Shown here in pieces: positions 61,538 to 64,000 of a stretch of 64,000 nt of DNA. How positions within the stretch are numbered: position 1 is the first letter of the stretch; every line of letters starts with the position of its first letter. Made by a program: the position numbers and the translations under genes. The stretch is from Candidatus Hydrogenedentota bacterium (lineage in GTDB: Bacteria > Hydrogenedentota > Hydrogenedentia > Hydrogenedentales > SLHB01): positions 192,001 to 256,000 of the forward strand of contig CAXXTH010000018.1 of the NCBI GenBank assembly GCA_963668025.2, read 5' to 3'. The notes beneath the pieces were generated by a model, which saw only the letters and a list, made by a program, of their open reading frames with translations, did not search any database and was not told the origin of the DNA.

Positions 61538-64000
61538 CTATTTAAATTGCATTGTCCACTCGACCGTTGCATTGTCAGGGCGGTCTATAGCCAGGGCCGC
61601 TAGGCCGCTCGACGCATCATATGCTTCGATCCGTGCCGTTGCGCCTTTGGCCTTACAGGCAATCGGCGTGCGTCCGTTGGTGGCGACGATGACCTTGTAG
61701 GTTTCGCCGCCGATGACTTTGGAGCGTCCGGCCAGGATGCGCCTCAGCCCGTGCCAGCGACAGCTCTCCATATCTAGATAGCCCTGCATGATGTGGCGAT
61801 TTGTGGAAATGAACTGGGGATGGGGTTGCACTTCATGAATGGAATACATCCTCGCTTCGCCGGGGCGAAGCTCTTCCTGCAAGCGCGCCGAGCCAGCTAT
61901 CTGCCCTACAAAGCGTTCATTCCAGAAATCATAAACATAATAGGACTTTTGAGGGTCGAGCCCCAGGCCGCCGAAGGCGGGATCGCGGGACAAATCTGCG
62001 CCTATCTCCGCTGGAACAAGCCGGCCCGCCGCTTTTTCTTGATTCAGCAATGACATCCAGTCGGAGGACCACGTAGCGCCCTCCAGCGTGGTATTGTAGA
62101 ACGTCAACAAATGCCATGAGGGATCGACTGCGAAATCATACACCTGTGGATACGGCGCTCCAGTGAAAGCATCGACTGGCCGGGCCGATTGAGGCGTTGC
62201 ATGGTAGGGAACCGTGCGCGTAAGGTCATACAGATTATCGTCGGTCATTTTTTCAAAACTGCGGCCCAGTAGCAGGCGGCCGCCCGCCACGTAGCACATC
62301 GTAAACATCGCACGCACGCCGTCGCGGTTATTCGGAAAAGCATGATCGGGATTCTTTGCATCCATGTCATAACTGAACAATACGCGGTTCTTGTACCAGC
62401 GTAATCCCGGAACAGAGGCTATGGCCGGGTTGATGCGGTCGTTATCGCCCATCGTGCGTTGGGAGGCCACCAGTCCGGCCGTGATATCAGACCCGACTCC
62501 GATGTTGCGCTCATGCACCCAGTTGGGCTGGCCCAGGCCACGATAAGGTAACTCGAATATTCTACGATACGCCGCCGCGGTGGTGGCGTATGGGTCTTCA
62601 AAGCCTCCTTCGCTGGCCCAGCCCGTATCAGGATAATCGAACATCAGCCCCTTGATACCTCCCCGCTTCATGTTGGCGTACACATCCTCCATGTGCTTGA
62701 GAAAATCGGGATCAGTGAAATCATAGCCCCATAAAGAAGGCCGATTGAGCCGTTCATCCCACCAACACGGAACCGGCCGGATATGGGTGGAGTCATTATT
62801 GAAAAGCATATGGCCGGGATACTGGGCGCAATAATCGTCGGAGCGCCTGGAGGTTTGAACATACATCAAGGGAACGCCGCCCCGTTCCGTCACGGCCTGG
62901 CCCCATTTCTCGGAGGTTTCATAGGGCGGGCAATAACACGGTAGATTGTGGTCGGAGTTGGCGATTTTTTGCCAGTGTGCATCATCCCACCATCCCTGCT
63001 GATTGTTCTCGTCGTAGTTGTCGGGAACCAGCCGGATTCCTAAGCGGGAGTATTTGAGGAAACCGCGCCGAATCGCTTCGTCCAACTCCCAAACGGCTCC
63101 GGCTGAAGTATTGTTGCGACGGCCGTTCCCAAAAGTGGGATGCGCCGAGTACCAGAGGCAGAGCGTGGGAAAATCATAAATGGCCGGATTAGCCTGTTGC
63201 GCCGCGCGCACCGCCAAGGCGTAGCGTTCAAGGGCCTGGAACGGATTGCGCGTTGTAAAGTCCACATAATAACGGTCATCGGGCAAATAGCGGACGCCCG
63301 CATCCACCCGCTTGCCCACGGGATCCTTGCTCGTGATTTCACATGCCAGCGAGCCAGCTTGCCGCCGGATGATCACGAACTTTTCGAACTCATGATAGGT
63401 AAGACCGCCGATCACCAATGAATGATTGGCGCCTTCGGGCCCAAAGGTGGCCAGCAGATTATTTTTACTGGACAGTACATCATCATGGCTCACTTGGGTG
63501 GGGTCACCGCCGCTATTGCCATCGAGCAGGGAAAAGTTACGTGTCAGGCCGGCCCCCCGGAACGCCTTGCCAACAAGCGGACGCAGCATCTTGATTTGAA
63601 GGGGCTGGGGCATCGTATTCACCAGACCGCAATTGAGGGCCAGAAAGCCCTGCCCGCGATAGAGTGTGATTTCCAGAATCTGAGTGGGCCTGTCCGGTGC
63701 GGAACAAGTGATGGCCAGCGCCTTGCCCTGGCCGAGCGGATCTTTCACGGCGCGGCTGGTCCACGTGCGCGTCTGGCCGGGATCCATTGAACTCTGTTCG
63801 TCGATCAACGAGAAGGCCTCTTCAATGACTGCCTGGGCCGATTCACCGTCATAGATCGCATAAGACCCTTTGGCCAGATCATATTCGACCCGTACAATCC
63901 CATTTTCAATGCAAGCCTTGTCTGTATTCTGGCGAACAGCTACGCCACCCACGGGCGTTGCAGAACTCTTCAGCGCTACCGCAGACATCAAGACCAAAAA
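61538..64000 (-). CDS. Putative clan GH-D (GH27/36-like) glycoside hydrolase, 5' end probably beyond the window
   Basis: DFTDP, KGLMFDY, QRTMGDN, LLLG, YYVYDFW; open to the window edge. Confidence 0.65.
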   Translation of the reverse strand, partial: FLVLMSAVALKSSATPVGGVAVRQNTDKACIENGIVRVEYDLAKGSYAIYDGESAQAVIEEAFSLIDEQSSMDPGQTRTWTSRAVKDPLGQGKALAITCSAPDRPTQILEITLYRGQGFLALNCGLVNTMPQPLQIKMLRPLVGKAFRGAGLTRNFSLLDGNSGGDPTQVSHDDVLSSKNNLLATFGPEGANHSLVIGGLTYHEFEKFVIIRRQAGSLACEITSKDPVGKRVDAGVRYLPDDRYYVDFTTRNPFQALERYALAVRAAQQANPAIYDFPTLCLWYSAHPTFGNGRRNNTSAGAVWELDEAIRRGFLKYSRLGIRLVPDNYDENNQQGWWDDAHWQKIANSDHNLPCYCPPYETSEKWGQAVTERGGVPLMYVQTSRRSDDYCAQYPGHMLFNNDSTHIRPVPCWWDERLNRPSLWGYDFTDPDFLKHMEDVYANMKRGGIKGLMFDYPDTGWASEGGFEDPYATTAAAYRRIFELPYRGLGQPNWVHERNIGVGSDITAGLVASQRTMGDNDRINPAIASVPGLRWYKNRVLFSYDMDAKNPDHAFPNNRDGVRAMFTMCYVAGGRLLLGRSFEKMTDDNLYDLTRTVPYHATPQSARPVDAFTGAPYPQVYDFAVDPSWHLLTFYNTTLEGATWSSDWMSLLNQEKAAGRLVPAEIGADLSRDPAFGGLGLDPQKSYYVYDFWNERFVGQIAGSARLQEELRPGEARMYSIHEVQPHPQFISTNRHIMQGYLDMESCRWHGLRRILAGRSKVIGGETYKVIVATNGRTPIACKAKGATARIEAYDASSGLAALAIDRPDNATVEWTMQFK

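Overview
Bacterial chromosomal window of moderately high GC. The DUF1559 prepilin-like protein, the 'AELQNVEIGG' porin and the LP-TM-basic C-terminal anchors suggest a Candidatus Hydrogenedentota/PVC-like organism (inference). Five blocks: (1) 1-19.9 kb, a LacI-associated glycan-utilisation cluster. It contains a GH42-like gene missed by the ORF track, two beta-propeller hydrolase paralogs, a sulfatase, a TPR+binding-protein+permease ABC fusion, DUF1559, a nucleoside hydrolase and a LamG protein, and appears to be driven by a promoter duplicated from the lacI gene together with a collapsed lacI copy. (2) 20-28.6 kb, recF-dciA and a YtrA/ABC operon with a tandem array of three diverged permeases plus a relic, ending in a nested MITE. 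(3) 28.6-33.2 kb, lon/hsp20/nucleoside permease with three homopolymer frameshifts (probable assembly errors). (4) 33.4-52.6 kb, the most interesting part, a divergent sulfur island. The left arm is cysM, JAMM protease, ubiquitin-like/E1/rhodanese polyprotein, family 2A encapsulin, cargo cysteine desulfurase, mnmA and iscS. The right arm is cysE and a group IV nitrogenase-like operon (nifB-D-K-APC permease-small ORF-porin-nifX-nifH) resembling methylthio-alkane reductase, but its D subunit lacks the expected His cofactor ligand. (5) 52.7-64 kb, hydrolases and transporters, with an ISKra4-type IS splitting a chimeric gene. All assignments come from motif reading and remembered family features; no database searches were run.
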